Assembly: GCA_963792415.1 (NCBI GenBank)
Contig: CAWBVY010000006.1
Location: forward strand, 768,001 to 832,000
Reading direction: 5' to 3'
DNA length: 64,000 nucleotides
From: Candidatus Deferrimicrobiaceae bacterium
GTDB lineage: Bacteria > Desulfobacterota > Deferrimicrobia > Deferrimicrobiales > Deferrimicrobiaceae
Made by a program: the position numbers and the translations under genes. The notes beneath the pieces were generated by a model. It worked only from the letters and a program-made list of their open reading frames with translations, was not told where the DNA came from and did not search any database. Each line of letters opens with the position of its first letter. Position 1 is the first letter of the stretch. Positions 46,856-56,929 of the stretch are shown here, piece after piece.

Positions 46856-48616
46856 CTAAAAACGCTCGTCGGGGAACAGGTCCTCGACCTTTTTGCGAAG
46901 GACCCGGCCGATCTCGGCCGCGGTCGAGTGCAGCAGCAGCGAGCCCGCAAACTCCTTGGCCTCGTATGCCACCGACTTTCGGAGGATCCGCTTCACCCGA
47001 GGAATCCCGGCGGCGCTCATGCTGAGCTCGTCCAGCCCGAGACCGAGGAGCGCATAGGAGTAGATCGGCTCACCGGCCATCTCGCCGCACATCGCCACCG
47101 GGATCCCGGCGTCGTGCCCCGCCTCCACGACTCGCCGGATCATCCGGAGGATCGCGGGGTGAAGCGGCTCGTAAAGATAGGATACGTGCTCGTTGACCCG
47201 GTCGATCGCCAGGGAGTATTGGATCAGGTCGTTCGTCCCGATGCTGAAGAATGCGACCTCCCGCGCGAGCAGGTCGGCCACGATCGCCGCGGCGGGGATC
47301 TCGATCATGATCCCGATGGGCATCTCCTTGTCGTAGGGGATCCGCCGGCGACGAAGCTCCCCCCGCACTTCCTCGACCACGGCCATCGCCTCCCGAAGCT
47401 CCCCGACCCCGGAGATCATCGGGAACATCATCCGAACCTTGCCGTACGTCGAGGCGCGGAGGATCGCGCGCAGCTGGGGCTTGAAAATCTCCTTTTCCTT
47501 CAGGCAGAACCGGATCGCACGCAGCCCCATCGCCGGGTTCATCTCCTCGGCGAGCTCGAGCTGGGACGCGAACTTGTCGCCGCCGAGGTCGAGGGTGCGG
47601 ATCGTGACCGGGTGGCGCACGAACTTCTCCGCCACCTTCCGGTACGTCTCGAAGTGCTCCTCCTCGGAGGGGATATCCTTCCGGTTGAGAAAGAGGAACT
47701 CCGTGCGGTAGAGCCCCACCCCGTCGGCGCCGCTGCGGAGCGCGACGTCCGCCTCCTCGGGAAACTCGATGTTCGCATGGAGGAGCAGCGTCTTCCCGTC
47801 GCGCGTTACCGTCGGCAGCCGCGCGAACTTCGCCAGGTCGCGGGTCCGCTGCGCGTAGGCTTTCCGTTGCGCCTGGTACTCCCGGACCGTCTCCTCCGTC
47901 GGGTCGAAGACGACCACCCCTTCCTCGCCGTCGACGATCACCATCTCCGCAAACTTGTACTCCTCCGTCGCCCCCTCGACCCCGACGACCGCCGGGATCC
48001 CCAGGGAGCGCGCCGTGATCGCGGTGTGGGACGTCCGGCTTCCGACGTCGGTGGCGAAACCGAGCACGGGGCTCTTCAGGATCTGGGCGGTGTCCGCGGG
48101 GGAGAGATCGTGGGCCACGATGACCACCGGGTCACGGATCGCGGCGACCGAGTCCACGGGGCGTCCGGCGAGGTTCTCGAGGACCCGGTGACCGATCTGG
48201 CGCAGGTCGTGCCCACGCTCCCGCAGGTACGGATCCTCGATCCGGTGGAACGTCTCCAGGAATTTCTGGAGCACCTTGTTGAACGCCCAGTCCGCGGCGA
48301 ACTGGTTATCGAGAATCATCCGGACCGTCTGCTCGATGAGCATCGAGTCCTCGAGGAGGGCCAGGTGGACCGAGAGGATCTGGTGGTGCTCGGAGGAGGG
48401 ATCCGCCACGTCGTCCCGGATGTGGAGGAGCTGCTCCCGGGAGCGGGCCACCGCCCGCTTGAAGGCGGCGACCTCCTCGTCCACCTGATCGCGGCCGACC
48501 GTCGAGCGGACCGACCGCGGGAGGACGCGGTTCAGGAAGAAGCCCTTCCCGATCGCGATCCCACCCGAAGCCGGGATCCCCTTGAGGACCCGCATCTTCC
48601 CGCGGCCTTCCGTCAC
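46856..48616 (-). CDS. ptsI: PTS enzyme I (PEP-protein phosphotransferase)
   Basis: TSHTAI phospho-His, [33 protein letters not shown]; no GAF domain. Confidence 0.95.
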   Translation of the reverse strand: MTEGRGKMRVLKGIPASGGIAIGKGFFLNRVLPRSVRSTVGRDQVDEEVAAFKRAVARSREQLLHIRDDVADPSSEHHQILSVHLALLEDSMLIEQTVRMILDNQFAADWAFNKVLQKFLETFHRIEDPYLRERGHDLRQIGHRVLENLAGRPVDSVAAIRDPVVIVAHDLSPADTAQILKSPVLGFATDVGSRTSHTAITARSLGIPAVVGVEGATEEYKFAEMVIVDGEEGVVVFDPTEETVREYQAQRKAYAQRTRDLAKFARLPTVTRDGKTLLLHANIEFPEEADVALRSGADGVGLYRTEFLFLNRKDIPSEEEHFETYRKVAEKFVRHPVTIRTLDLGGDKFASQLELAEEMNPAMGLRAIRFCLKEKEIFKPQLRAILRASTYGKVRMMFPMISGVGELREAMAVVEEVRGELRRRRIPYDKEMPIGIMIEIPAAAIVADLLAREVAFFSIGTNDLIQYSLAIDRVNEHVSYLYEPLHPAILRMIRRVVEAGHDAGIPVAMCGEMAGEPIYSYALLGLGLDELSMSAAGIPRVKRILRKSVAYEAKEFAGSLLLHSTAAEIGRVLRKKVEDLFPDERF

Positions 48617-48621
48617 TCCCC

Positions 48622-48897
48622 CTACTCCTCCCCGAACTTCCGTGCGATCAGCTCCCCGATCGCCGCCACGGCCTCTTCCGCATCCGACCCGATCGCCCGG
48701 ATCAGGATCCTGGTGTCCTTCGGCGCCGCCAGCATCAGCACGCCCATGATGCTCTTTCCGTTGACCTCCATCCCGTCCTTCACGACGTGGATCTCCGAGG
48801 TGAACCCGTTCGCCATGCGCACGAGCTGCGCGGCGGCCCGGGCGTGCAGCCCGAGCCGGTTCAGGATGTCGAACTCGCGTTCCACGCTCACCGCCAC
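48622..48897 (-). CDS. ptsH: HPr phosphocarrier
   Basis: GLHARAA (His15) and NGKSIMG (Ser46). Confidence 0.95.
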   Translation of the reverse strand: MAVSVEREFDILNRLGLHARAAAQLVRMANGFTSEIHVVKDGMEVNGKSIMGVLMLAAPKDTRILIRAIGSDAEEAVAAIGELIARKFGEE

Positions 48898-49652
48898 AGG
48901 ATCAGCACCCCCACGAGGAGAAGAAACAACAGGATCTCGGACGGCGAGACCGCCTTCCGGAACAGTACCGCGAACAGGTGGACGGCGGCGGCGGCGAGAA
49001 GCAGCGACGCCATCGCGTGAGGCGCGCTCCCTCCCTGAACGAGGAAACGCCCGGCGAAGACCCCGGCGTACGCCCCGGCGAGGATCGCCGCCAGCAGCTT
49101 CCGGTCATCGGTCCGAACGTTGAGCGCCGCCCCCTTGAGCCAACCCACCACGGCCTCCGGTCCCTCCATGCCGGCGGCGAAACCGCGCCGGCGGACCATC
49201 AGGTGGACTCCGTTGTAGAACAGCAGCAGGGCGGCGATCCCCAGGAGGGGATGGAGCAGCGCAAGGAGGGCCCCCGCCACCGAGGCCATCGGCCGCAGGG
49301 CGCCCCAGAAGAAGGAATCCCCGATCGCCCCAAGCGACCCCATCAGCCCCACCTTGAACGTACCGATAGCCCGCGGATCCGACTCCCCCGCGGCCACCCG
49401 TTCCTCGAGCCGGACCGACGCCCCGAGGATCAACGCCCCCATCGCCGGCTGGGTGTTGAAAAACTCAAGGTGCCGCTTCACCGCCTTCAGCGCCTCCTCC
49501 GGGCGGTTCGCGTAGACGTCGCGCAGCGCCGGGAGGATGGCGTAGGCGAATCCCACGTTCTGCATCCCCTCGTAGTTCCAGCACCCCTGCAGGAGGAACT
49601 GGCGCCGCCAGACGGCGTTCCGGGACCGCGTCGCAAGCGCCGGCGTCGTCAT
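48888..49652 (-). CDS. Mannose/fructose/sorbose-family PTS IID component
   Basis: WNYEGMQNVGF, HLEFFNTQP, LMGSLGAIGDSFFW. Confidence 0.92.
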   Translation of the reverse strand: MTTPALATRSRNAVWRRQFLLQGCWNYEGMQNVGFAYAILPALRDVYANRPEEALKAVKRHLEFFNTQPAMGALILGASVRLEERVAAGESDPRAIGTFKVGLMGSLGAIGDSFFWGALRPMASVAGALLALLHPLLGIAALLLFYNGVHLMVRRRGFAAGMEGPEAVVGWLKGAALNVRTDDRKLLAAILAGAYAGVFAGRFLVQGGSAPHAMASLLLAAAAVHLFAVLFRKAVSPSEILLFLLLVGVLILWR

Positions 49653-50347
49653 GCGGACCACCGGAACAGCACGGTGCCGCCGAAAACGGCCGCCATCGTC
49701 AGGAAGAACACCGCGGCGGTCCGCTCCGTTCGGCTGCACGAATAGACCGATGCGGCGCCCAGGAGCGGAAGCGCCGGGAGGAGGATCGCGAAGTTCCCCC
49801 GGCTGGCGGGGCCGAATTGGGGAAGCAGCCACTTCGATACCGCAACGCCCGCCCCCGAGAAGACGAGAGCAAGGACCATCCCGGTCACCAGGAACAGGGT
49901 GATGCCGGCGAGCAGCCCGTGCTCCACCGCCCGGATATCCCCCCGGTCCACCGACTCCGCCGTGATGCGGGCGATCCGCACGTTGATCTTCCGGACGAAG
50001 CGGTCCGCCGCTTTTCCAGCTTCCGCGACGAAGACCGAGAGCAGCAGGAGGGCGGTGAAACTCCCCGCGTCAAGCCCGATGGAGGAAGCGGCGACCGCGG
50101 CGGCCGAACCGCCGAACACGGCTGCGCCCGTGTCGTCGGGAGGGATCGAGGCCCCCACGGGGAGCCGGGCCAGGTAGATCAGCTCGAGGACGACCCCCAC
50201 CTGGGTGCCGGCGGCCATGTTCCCGAAGATCGCCCCCATCAGCGTGGCAACGACGAGAGGGCGGTGGAGCATCAGCTGACACGCGGCCGTCCGGTCGAGG
50301 TAGCACACCCCGCCGAGAAGGACCGCCAGGAGAAACCGCCAGACCAC
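49649..50347 (-). CDS. Mannose-family PTS IIC component
   Basis: HRPLVVATLMG, GVVLELIYL..LPVGASIPPD; multi-TM. Confidence 0.85.
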   Translation of the reverse strand: MVWRFLLAVLLGGVCYLDRTAACQLMLHRPLVVATLMGAIFGNMAAGTQVGVVLELIYLARLPVGASIPPDDTGAAVFGGSAAAVAASSIGLDAGSFTALLLLSVFVAEAGKAADRFVRKINVRIARITAESVDRGDIRAVEHGLLAGITLFLVTGMVLALVFSGAGVAVSKWLLPQFGPASRGNFAILLPALPLLGAASVYSCSRTERTAAVFFLTMAAVFGGTVLFRWSA

Positions 50348-50349
50348 CC

Positions 50350-50826
50350 CTACTCCCTTTCCGCGTCGAACGACGTTCCCGACTCGAACGGCGTCCCCTG
50401 GACGAGGACCGTCACCCCGTGCGAGCGGAACCACCCGAGGGCGTCGAAATCCTCCGGGGCGAAGAAAACGGACGGGGAAATCTCGACTTTCCCCGCGGCG
50501 AAATGGAGATTTCCGATGTTCAGGAGGTTGAATCCCGCCCCCGCCTTCCGGAGCGCCACGGCGTCCCCTGCGCTGGCGACCAGCAGGATGGAGCGCTCCC
50601 CGTTCCGGTCGGCGTCGGCAAGGACGGGAATCGCCTCGTCGAGGCGACAGAAATGAACCCGGATCGCCGGGGGAACCGCAAGCTCCATCACGGAGCGCAG
50701 GAAAGGGTTCCCGGCCAGGTCGTCATTGGCGACGATCAGGGAATCGGCGGACGTGTGGGGCACCCACGCCTCAACAACCTGCCCGTGGATGAGCCGGCAG
50801 TCGATGCGGGCGAGCACCAGGGGCAT
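50350..50826 (-). CDS. Mannose-family PTS IIB component
   Basis: RIDCRLIHGQV phospho-His motif, LNIGNLH. Confidence 0.93.
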   Translation of the reverse strand: MPLVLARIDCRLIHGQVVEAWVPHTSADSLIVANDDLAGNPFLRSVMELAVPPAIRVHFCRLDEAIPVLADADRNGERSILLVASAGDAVALRKAGAGFNLLNIGNLHFAAGKVEISPSVFFAPEDFDALGWFRSHGVTVLVQGTPFESGTSFDAERE

Positions 50827-50830
50827 CCCG

Positions 50831-51253
50831 TCACTTCTCCGGCTTCTTTTCGGCCTTCTTCTTCAGCATGTCCCCCGGAATCATGATGCTGCGATGGCCG
50901 CACTCCTGGAGCTGGCGTGCGAGTTCGTCGAGCGGCACCGCTTCCCGGGCCATGGGGAACTTCACCATCATCGGCAGGTTCACCCCCGTCAGGACCACCA
51001 CGCGGTGCGTGCCGAGGAACGATAGCCCGATGTTGGAGGGCGTCCCGCCGAACATGTCGGTGAGAAGCAGCACGCCGTCCCCGTTCTCGACCGTGCGGAC
51101 GGCCCCCTCCACCGCGTCGTGGATCGCCTCGACGCTCATCTCGGGGGAAATGTCGACGGCGACAATCCCCTCGATCTTCCCGACGATGATCCCTGCGGCG
51201 CGCACCAGTTCCGTGGCGAAAGCGCCGTGGGAAACGACAACGGCTCCGATCAT
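50831..51253 (-). CDS. Mannose-family PTS IIA component
   Basis: VVVSHG, LTDMFGGTPSN, GVNLPM. Confidence 0.93.
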   Translation of the reverse strand: MIGAVVVSHGAFATELVRAAGIIVGKIEGIVAVDISPEMSVEAIHDAVEGAVRTVENGDGVLLLTDMFGGTPSNIGLSFLGTHRVVVLTGVNLPMMVKFPMAREAVPLDELARQLQECGHRSIMIPGDMLKKKAEKKPEK

Positions 51254-52158
51254 TTCATCCCCTTGGAGGGCAGGGAGGAGCGCGACAGGTCGCGGTGGGC
51301 CACGACGACCGCTTCCCTCCTCTTCCCGAGAATATCGCCGAGCGCCTCCGCGACAGCGACGGACCGATGCCTGCCGCCGGTGCAGCCGACGCCCAGCGTG
51401 AAGTACGCCTTCCCTTCCTTTCTATAGAGGGGAAGGAGGAAAAGCAACAGATCCGACAGGCGGCGCAGGAACCCCTTCGCCGCGCGGGCACCCAGGACAT
51501 AATCGCGGACCCCCCGGTCGAGGCCGGTAAACCTCTTGAGCGCCGGGACGAAGTTCGGGTTGTCGAGGAACCGGACGTCGACCACCATGTCGGCCTGGAC
51601 CGGAATCCCGTACCGGTACCCGAAGGAGACGACACTCACCACCAGGTCGCCGGCCCCCTCGCGGCGGAACCGTCGCACAATCGCGTCTCGAAGCTGGTGG
51701 ACGTTGAACTCCGACGTATCGATGACGGCGTCCGCGATCTCGCGCAGCGGCGAGAGAATCCTCCGCTCCTTCCGGATCGCGGCCGGGGCCCCGCCCTTGG
51801 CTGCGAGGGGGTGCTTGCGCCGCGTTTCGCTGAACCTCCGCACGAGCGCCTCGTCCGCCGCGTCCAGGAAGAGGACGTGGACCGCGCTCCGCCCCCCCCG
51901 CATTTCGTCGAGGACCCTGGAGAGGTCCGGGAGAAACTCCTTCCCCCGGATGTCCATCCCGAGGGCCACCCGGGCCTCTGCTCCCCGCGCCTCGGAGACG
52001 ACGTCGACGATCTTTGGAAGGAGAAACGGCGGCAGGTTGTCCACACAATAGTATCCGAGGTCCTCGAACGCCTTGATCGCCGTGCTCTTCCCGGCCCCTG
52101 ACAGCCCGGTCACGACGACGATGTCCGCGCGGTGCGCCCGCGCGTCGACGGCGGTCAC
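51250..52158 (-). CDS. rapZ: RNase adapter RapZ (YhbJ/YvcJ) P-loop protein
   Basis: TGLSGAGKS, CVDNLP, RFSETRRKHP, SFGYRYG, GCTGGRHRSV. Confidence 0.95.
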   Translation of the reverse strand: MTAVDARAHRADIVVVTGLSGAGKSTAIKAFEDLGYYCVDNLPPFLLPKIVDVVSEARGAEARVALGMDIRGKEFLPDLSRVLDEMRGGRSAVHVLFLDAADEALVRRFSETRRKHPLAAKGGAPAAIRKERRILSPLREIADAVIDTSEFNVHQLRDAIVRRFRREGAGDLVVSVVSFGYRYGIPVQADMVVDVRFLDNPNFVPALKRFTGLDRGVRDYVLGARAAKGFLRRLSDLLLFLLPLYRKEGKAYFTLGVGCTGGRHRSVAVAEALGDILGKRREAVVVAHRDLSRSSLPSKGMK

Positions 52159-53093
52159 GGGGTGCCGCCCCCTCCGGCGCGACGCGACTGGCGCTCGACG
52201 AATTCCCGCGCGGAGTGGACCCCGAGCCGCTTCAGCAAGTGGTTCCGCACCGCCACCTCGACGATCGCCGCCAGGTTCCGCCCGGGGGAGACCGGGACGA
52301 GAAGGGAGGGGAGTCTGACGCCGAGGATCTCGACGGTCCCGTCCTCGAGCCCGAGCCGGTCGTACTCCCTCGAAGAATCCCACTCCTCGATCCGGATCAC
52401 GAGTTCCATCTTTTTCATCCGCGTCGTCGCGGTGGCGCCGAACAGATCCCGGATGTTGATGATTCCGAGCCCCCGGATCTCCATGTGGTGGCAGGTGAGA
52501 TCGTCCCCGCGGCCCACGAGAGTGGCCGGGCCGAGCTTGTCGACGTGGATCACGTCGTCGGCAACGAACCGGTGGCCGCGGAGGACGAGGTCGAGAGCGC
52601 ATTCACTTTTACCGATCCCGCTTCGTCCCGAGAGGAAAACCCCCACGCCGATGACTTCGAGGAAGACGCCTTGGACCGTGGCCGTTTCCGTGAAAAGTCG
52701 GTAGAGCTGGCGGCCCGCCTCTTCGAGAAAATCGGCAGAGGGAAGGTCGGACGCGAACAGGGGGACGGAAGCCCGCTCCGCCGCTTCAACGAAGAGAACC
52801 GGCGCCGGGAGCGGTCCGGCGACGATGGCGCACGGCAGCGCACCGGTGAAGAACCGCTCGGCGATCTCCGGCTGCTTCACCGGATCCTGCCTGCGGAAGT
52901 AGTCCAACTCGATCTCGCCCAGGACCTGGACGCACCCTTCCCTGGACGGGAAAACTTCGCCGGTAATCGCCAGCCCGGCTTCCTGGACCCGGCTTCCCGC
53001 GATCCCCCGGTCCATCCCGCGATCCCCCGCTAGAAGACGGAGGCGCAGGGGCGCGGAGCACTCGTCCCGGAAGACTTGCACGGAGATCGGCAC
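52155..53093 (-). CDS. hprK: HPr(Ser) kinase/phosphorylase
   Basis: GRSGIGKSE Walker A, VADD, EIRGLGIINI, PGRNLA. Confidence 0.93.
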   Translation of the reverse strand: MPISVQVFRDECSAPLRLRLLAGDRGMDRGIAGSRVQEAGLAITGEVFPSREGCVQVLGEIELDYFRRQDPVKQPEIAERFFTGALPCAIVAGPLPAPVLFVEAAERASVPLFASDLPSADFLEEAGRQLYRLFTETATVQGVFLEVIGVGVFLSGRSGIGKSECALDLVLRGHRFVADDVIHVDKLGPATLVGRGDDLTCHHMEIRGLGIINIRDLFGATATTRMKKMELVIRIEEWDSSREYDRLGLEDGTVEILGVRLPSLLVPVSPGRNLAAIVEVAVRNHLLKRLGVHSAREFVERQSRRAGGGGTP

Positions 53094-53109
53094 GGCCCCT
53101 CCTTTCGGT

Positions 53110-53571
53110 TCAGGCGCGCTCGTCCGCTTCCCGGAGGACCTGCGAAAGCCCCTCGGCTCCCTCTGCCGACAGGAGCCGCGCCCGGAACCGCTGGTCCTTG
53201 AGGAGCCGCGAGATGCGGGCAAGCGCCTTGAGGTGCATCCCCGCGGAATTTTCCGGGGCGAGGATCAGGAAGAAGAGCCGGGCCGGCTTCCCGTCGAGGG
53301 AGGCGAACTGCACCCCCGCGGGACTGCGCCCGAAGACGGCGACCAGACGGTCGATCCCCGGGATCTTCCCGTGGGGAATCGCCACCCCCTCGCCGATTCC
53401 CGTGCTCCCCAATCCCTCGCGGTCCATCAGGATCGCGGTCAGCCGCGTGGGGGAAAGGGCCGGGATCCGCCGGCAGACCGCCTCCGAGAGCTCGAGAAGA
53501 ACCCCCTCCTTCGTCTCCGCCCGGAGCCCGTCCACCACGGCCTCCGGGGGGATGATGTCCTGAATCCTCAT
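53110..53571 (-). CDS. ptsN: PTS IIA(Ntr)-like protein
   Basis: REGLGSTGIGEGVAIPHGK, HLKALARISR. Confidence 0.9.
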   Translation of the reverse strand: MRIQDIIPPEAVVDGLRAETKEGVLLELSEAVCRRIPALSPTRLTAILMDREGLGSTGIGEGVAIPHGKIPGIDRLVAVFGRSPAGVQFASLDGKPARLFFLILAPENSAGMHLKALARISRLLKDQRFRARLLSAEGAEGLSQVLREADERA

Positions 53572-54107
53572 CGGGCCGGCGGCTCCGTGAAGCCGATGTT
53601 GCCGTCCTGCTGCCGGAAAACCACGCTCGGCTGGTTCGTCTCCTGGTTCACGAACATCACCACGTCGAGCCGGAGCATGTCGAGGTGACGCGCCGCATCC
53701 TCCACCGTCATCGGCTTGACCAGGAAGTTGTCCGAGTGGATGATCCTGGGGCGATCTCCCCCCTCCGCGATCGTGATGGACGATCCGGACACCATCGGCT
53801 CGGGGGTGACCGCCTGCCCCTTCTCCTTCCGCTTCTCGCGGTACTTCTTCAGCTGACGCTCGACCTTGTCGCACACGAGGTCGATGGCCGAGTACAGGTC
53901 TTCGGTGGATTCGAACGCCTTGACGGTGATCCCCCGGGCCGTCAGGAACACCTCGGCGATGTGGCGGTATTTCTCGACGGACAAGGTGACGTGCGCCTCG
54001 AACTCCTTTTCAACCACTTTTTCGATCTTTCCCAATTTCCCGATCACGTAATCCTTCAATGCCTGGCTCGGGTCGATATGCCGGAACGTCACGTTGATCT
54101 GGTTCAC
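53568..54107 (-). CDS. hpf: Ribosome hibernation promoting factor, long form
   Basis: INVTFRH, DLYSAID..ERQLKKYREK, C-terminal KPMTVEDA domain. Confidence 0.92.
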   Translation of the reverse strand: MNQINVTFRHIDPSQALKDYVIGKLGKIEKVVEKEFEAHVTLSVEKYRHIAEVFLTARGITVKAFESTEDLYSAIDLVCDKVERQLKKYREKRKEKGQAVTPEPMVSGSSITIAEGGDRPRIIHSDNFLVKPMTVEDAARHLDMLRLDVVMFVNQETNQPSVVFRQQDGNIGFTEPPAR

Positions 54108-54148
54108 GGTTGCCCCTCCTTCCGCAGAATCGGTGCTGTGGCGCTGCA

Positions 54149-55606
54149 CTAGAACTGCTTCCTGCGCCGCGAAGAGGCCAGCAGCCCCATCGCCGCGCGG
54201 TACTTTGTCACGGTCCGTCGGGCGATCCGGATCCCCTGATTCCGAAGGAGCCGCATCAACTCCTGGTCGCTCATCGGCTTGTTCTCGCCTTCGGCGTGGA
54301 TGATCTCCCGGATCTTCTCCTTGACGGATTTTGAGGCGATATCCTCCTCCCCCCCCTCCCGGTTGAGCCCCGAGGTGAAGAAGTACTTCAACTCGAAGAT
54401 CCCGTGGGGGGTGTTCACGTACTTGCCGCTGGTCACCCTCGATACGGTCGACTCGTGCATCTCGATGTCCTCGGCGACGTCCCGCAGCGTCAGGGGCCTC
54501 AGGTAGCCGGGCCCCTTCTCGAGGAAGTCGCGCTGCAGCTTCACGATGCTCTCCACGACCTTGTAGATGGTGCGCTTGCGCTGCTCGATGCTCTTGATGA
54601 ACCACAGCGCCGCGTTGACCTTCTGCTTCAGGAACTCCCGGTCCTCCTTCGGAAGTCCCTCGGCGTCTCCCGTCAGCAGCCGCCGGTAGTAGGAAGAGAG
54701 GCGAAGCCGGGGCTGACCGTCGTCGTTCAGGGTGATGACCCATTGGTCGTCGACCTTGAACAGGTAGACGTCGGGGGTGATGTACTGGACGTCGTCTCCC
54801 GAGTATTCGCGGCCGGGCTTCGGCCACAGGGTGACGAGCCTCTGGAACGCCTCCTTGACGGCCTCCTTCGGGAGCTTCATCCGACGCGCGGTTCCCGCCA
54901 CGTCCCCCCTGGAGAACAGGTCGAAGTGGTCCGCGAGGATCCGGAGGGGAAGTTCGAACGCCGCGCCCTTTTCCCGGGCCTGGATCATCAGGCACTCCCT
55001 CAGGTCCCTCGCGCCGACCCCCAGGGGATCGAGCGTCTGGACCGTCGCGATGGAGCGCTCCACCTCTTCCACCGGAAGGGAGAGGGCCTGCGCGGCTTCC
55101 TCGGCCGTTGTCTTCAGATACCCGTTTTCGTCGATGTTTCCGATCAGGTAGAGCGCGACATCGCGCTCGGCGTCGGAGAGGTCCAGGAGCCGCAGCTGCG
55201 TCTCGAGGTGCTCGGTGAGGCCGGGGCGGCGCGTGAGGGTGTTCTCGTAGTAGGGACGCCCGTCCTCGTCGTCGGTGTCCCGATCCACGCGCCCGTCGCG
55301 GGAGCCTTCGTTGAAGTAGTACTCCCAGTCCACGCGGTCGATGAGGCTGTCGCCTTCCTTCGGCGTGGGCCCCTCCTCCGGGGTCGGGGGTGTGAACACC
55401 TCCGCCGCCGGGGCCTCCTCCCCGGCCGTTTCCTCGCTGGTCTCCTCGCTGGCCTCCTCGAGCGCAGGGTTGACCTCCAGCTCCTCCCGCACCGCCTGCT
55501 GCAGTTCGAGCCGGGACAGCTGCAGCAGCTTGATCGCCTGCTGCAGCTGGGGGGTCATCACCAGCTGCTGGCTGAGCTTGAGAGATTGTCGGAGTTCCAG
55601 CGCCAT
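54149..55606 (-). CDS. rpoN: RNA polymerase sigma-54
   Basis: MTPQLQQAIKLLQL, MHESTVSRV, RpoN box ARRTVTKYR. Confidence 0.98.
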   Translation of the reverse strand: MALELRQSLKLSQQLVMTPQLQQAIKLLQLSRLELQQAVREELEVNPALEEASEETSEETAGEEAPAAEVFTPPTPEEGPTPKEGDSLIDRVDWEYYFNEGSRDGRVDRDTDDEDGRPYYENTLTRRPGLTEHLETQLRLLDLSDAERDVALYLIGNIDENGYLKTTAEEAAQALSLPVEEVERSIATVQTLDPLGVGARDLRECLMIQAREKGAAFELPLRILADHFDLFSRGDVAGTARRMKLPKEAVKEAFQRLVTLWPKPGREYSGDDVQYITPDVYLFKVDDQWVITLNDDGQPRLRLSSYYRRLLTGDAEGLPKEDREFLKQKVNAALWFIKSIEQRKRTIYKVVESIVKLQRDFLEKGPGYLRPLTLRDVAEDIEMHESTVSRVTSGKYVNTPHGIFELKYFFTSGLNREGGEEDIASKSVKEKIREIIHAEGENKPMSDQELMRLLRNQGIRIARRTVTKYRAAMGLLASSRRRKQF

Positions 55607-55623
55607 CAAAGCCCCTTCACCGG

Positions 55624-56409
55624 TCAGAGCGAGAATCCGTCTCCCAGGTAGATCTCCCGGACCCGGTCCGACGCGGCGATCTCCCCGGGCTTTCCCGCGA
55701 GGAGGATCTCCCCCTCGGAGATGATGTACGCGCGGTCGCAGACCTTGAGCGTGTCGCGCACATTATGATCCGTCATTATAACCCCGATCCCGCGCTCTTT
55801 TAATCCGAGGATCACCTGTTGAAGGTCTGCCACCGAAATCGGGTCGATGCCGGCGAACGGTTCGTCCAGCAACAGGAAATCGGGGGAAAGGACCAGGGCC
55901 CGGGCGATCTCGACGCGGCGCCGCTCCCCGCCGGACAGGGCGTACCCCATCGTGTCGGAGACGTGCCCGATGCGCATATCGCGAAGGATCGCCTCGGAGC
56001 GCTCCCGGCGCTCCCCCGGAGACAGGGTGGTCTCCTCGAGGAAGGCGAGGATGTTGTCCCGAACGGAGAGCTTCCGGAAGACGGACGGCTCCTGGGGAAG
56101 GTACCCCAGCCCCATCCGCGCGCGGCGGTGCATCGGCAGGTCCGTCACGACGGCGCCGTTCAATCGCACCTCGCCCTCGTCGGGGCGAACCAGACCCACC
56201 ATCATGTAGAAGATCGTCGTCTTCCCGGCGCCATTGGGCCCGAGCAGACCGACCACCTCTCCGGACAGCGCCTCGAGGGAAACCCCCTTGACGACTTGCC
56301 GCCGCCGGTAACGCTTATGCAGCCCCTCCACCGCGAGGGACTTCCCTTCCCGGTCCCCCCGCCGCCGGTGAGGGCGGGCGTCCTGTGCCGTGCGCACCGG
56401 GTCGGTCAC
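55624..56409 (-). CDS. lptB: LPS export ABC ATPase LptB
   Basis: GPNGAGKTT, YLPQE.SVFR, LSGGERRR, DEPFAG, TDHNVR. Confidence 0.95.
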   Translation of the reverse strand: MTDPVRTAQDARPHRRRGDREGKSLAVEGLHKRYRRRQVVKGVSLEALSGEVVGLLGPNGAGKTTIFYMMVGLVRPDEGEVRLNGAVVTDLPMHRRARMGLGYLPQEPSVFRKLSVRDNILAFLEETTLSPGERRERSEAILRDMRIGHVSDTMGYALSGGERRRVEIARALVLSPDFLLLDEPFAGIDPISVADLQQVILGLKERGIGVIMTDHNVRDTLKVCDRAYIISEGEILLAGKPGEIAASDRVREIYLGDGFSL

Positions 56410-56924
56410 TTCGGTGACGTCTCCACGATCCCCTTGGGGTTGATCACCGCCTCGACGCGTCCTCCGTCCTTGCCGCCCGTCACCACGGACCGGTTCTCCC
56501 GCAGAAAGATGGTGACCGTCTCTCCCCGGACGGTGTTCTGTCCCTGCCGGAGCGTCGCGCCCCCCGAAAGGATGATCCGCTGCTCGAGGTTGAGGAAGGT
56601 GGCCCGCGGAGAACGCGCCTCCCGCCCCTCCTGGACGAACCGGACGTTCCCCACCGCCTCGATCCGGTCGATCGCACCTGCCTCGCGGGAGTAGTCGGCC
56701 TGGACCCGGTCGGCGTAGAGCGTGACATCGGCCTGCCGCGCCACTACGTTCCCCTCGAAGGTGACGATATTGCGCGTACTGTCGGCGCTGAGGCTGTCGG
56801 CGGTGACGTCGATCGGGCGGCTTCCCAGTTCCCGCGCGGAGTCGCCCGCGCGCTCCTGCGCTGGGGCGCCGCCGGCAAGGACCGCGACAAGGCAAAGGGC
56901 CGCGAAGATCCGGGGAATCCGCAT
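56406..56924 (-). CDS. lptA: LPS transport periplasmic protein LptA
   Basis: Signal peptide; PIDVTAD, FEGNVVARQ OstA-type beta-jellyroll; upstream of lptB. Confidence 0.88.
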   Translation of the reverse strand: MRIPRIFAALCLVAVLAGGAPAQERAGDSARELGSRPIDVTADSLSADSTRNIVTFEGNVVARQADVTLYADRVQADYSREAGAIDRIEAVGNVRFVQEGREARSPRATFLNLEQRIILSGGATLRQGQNTVRGETVTIFLRENRSVVTGGKDGGRVEAVINPKGIVETSPK

Positions 56925-56929
56925 CGGTC

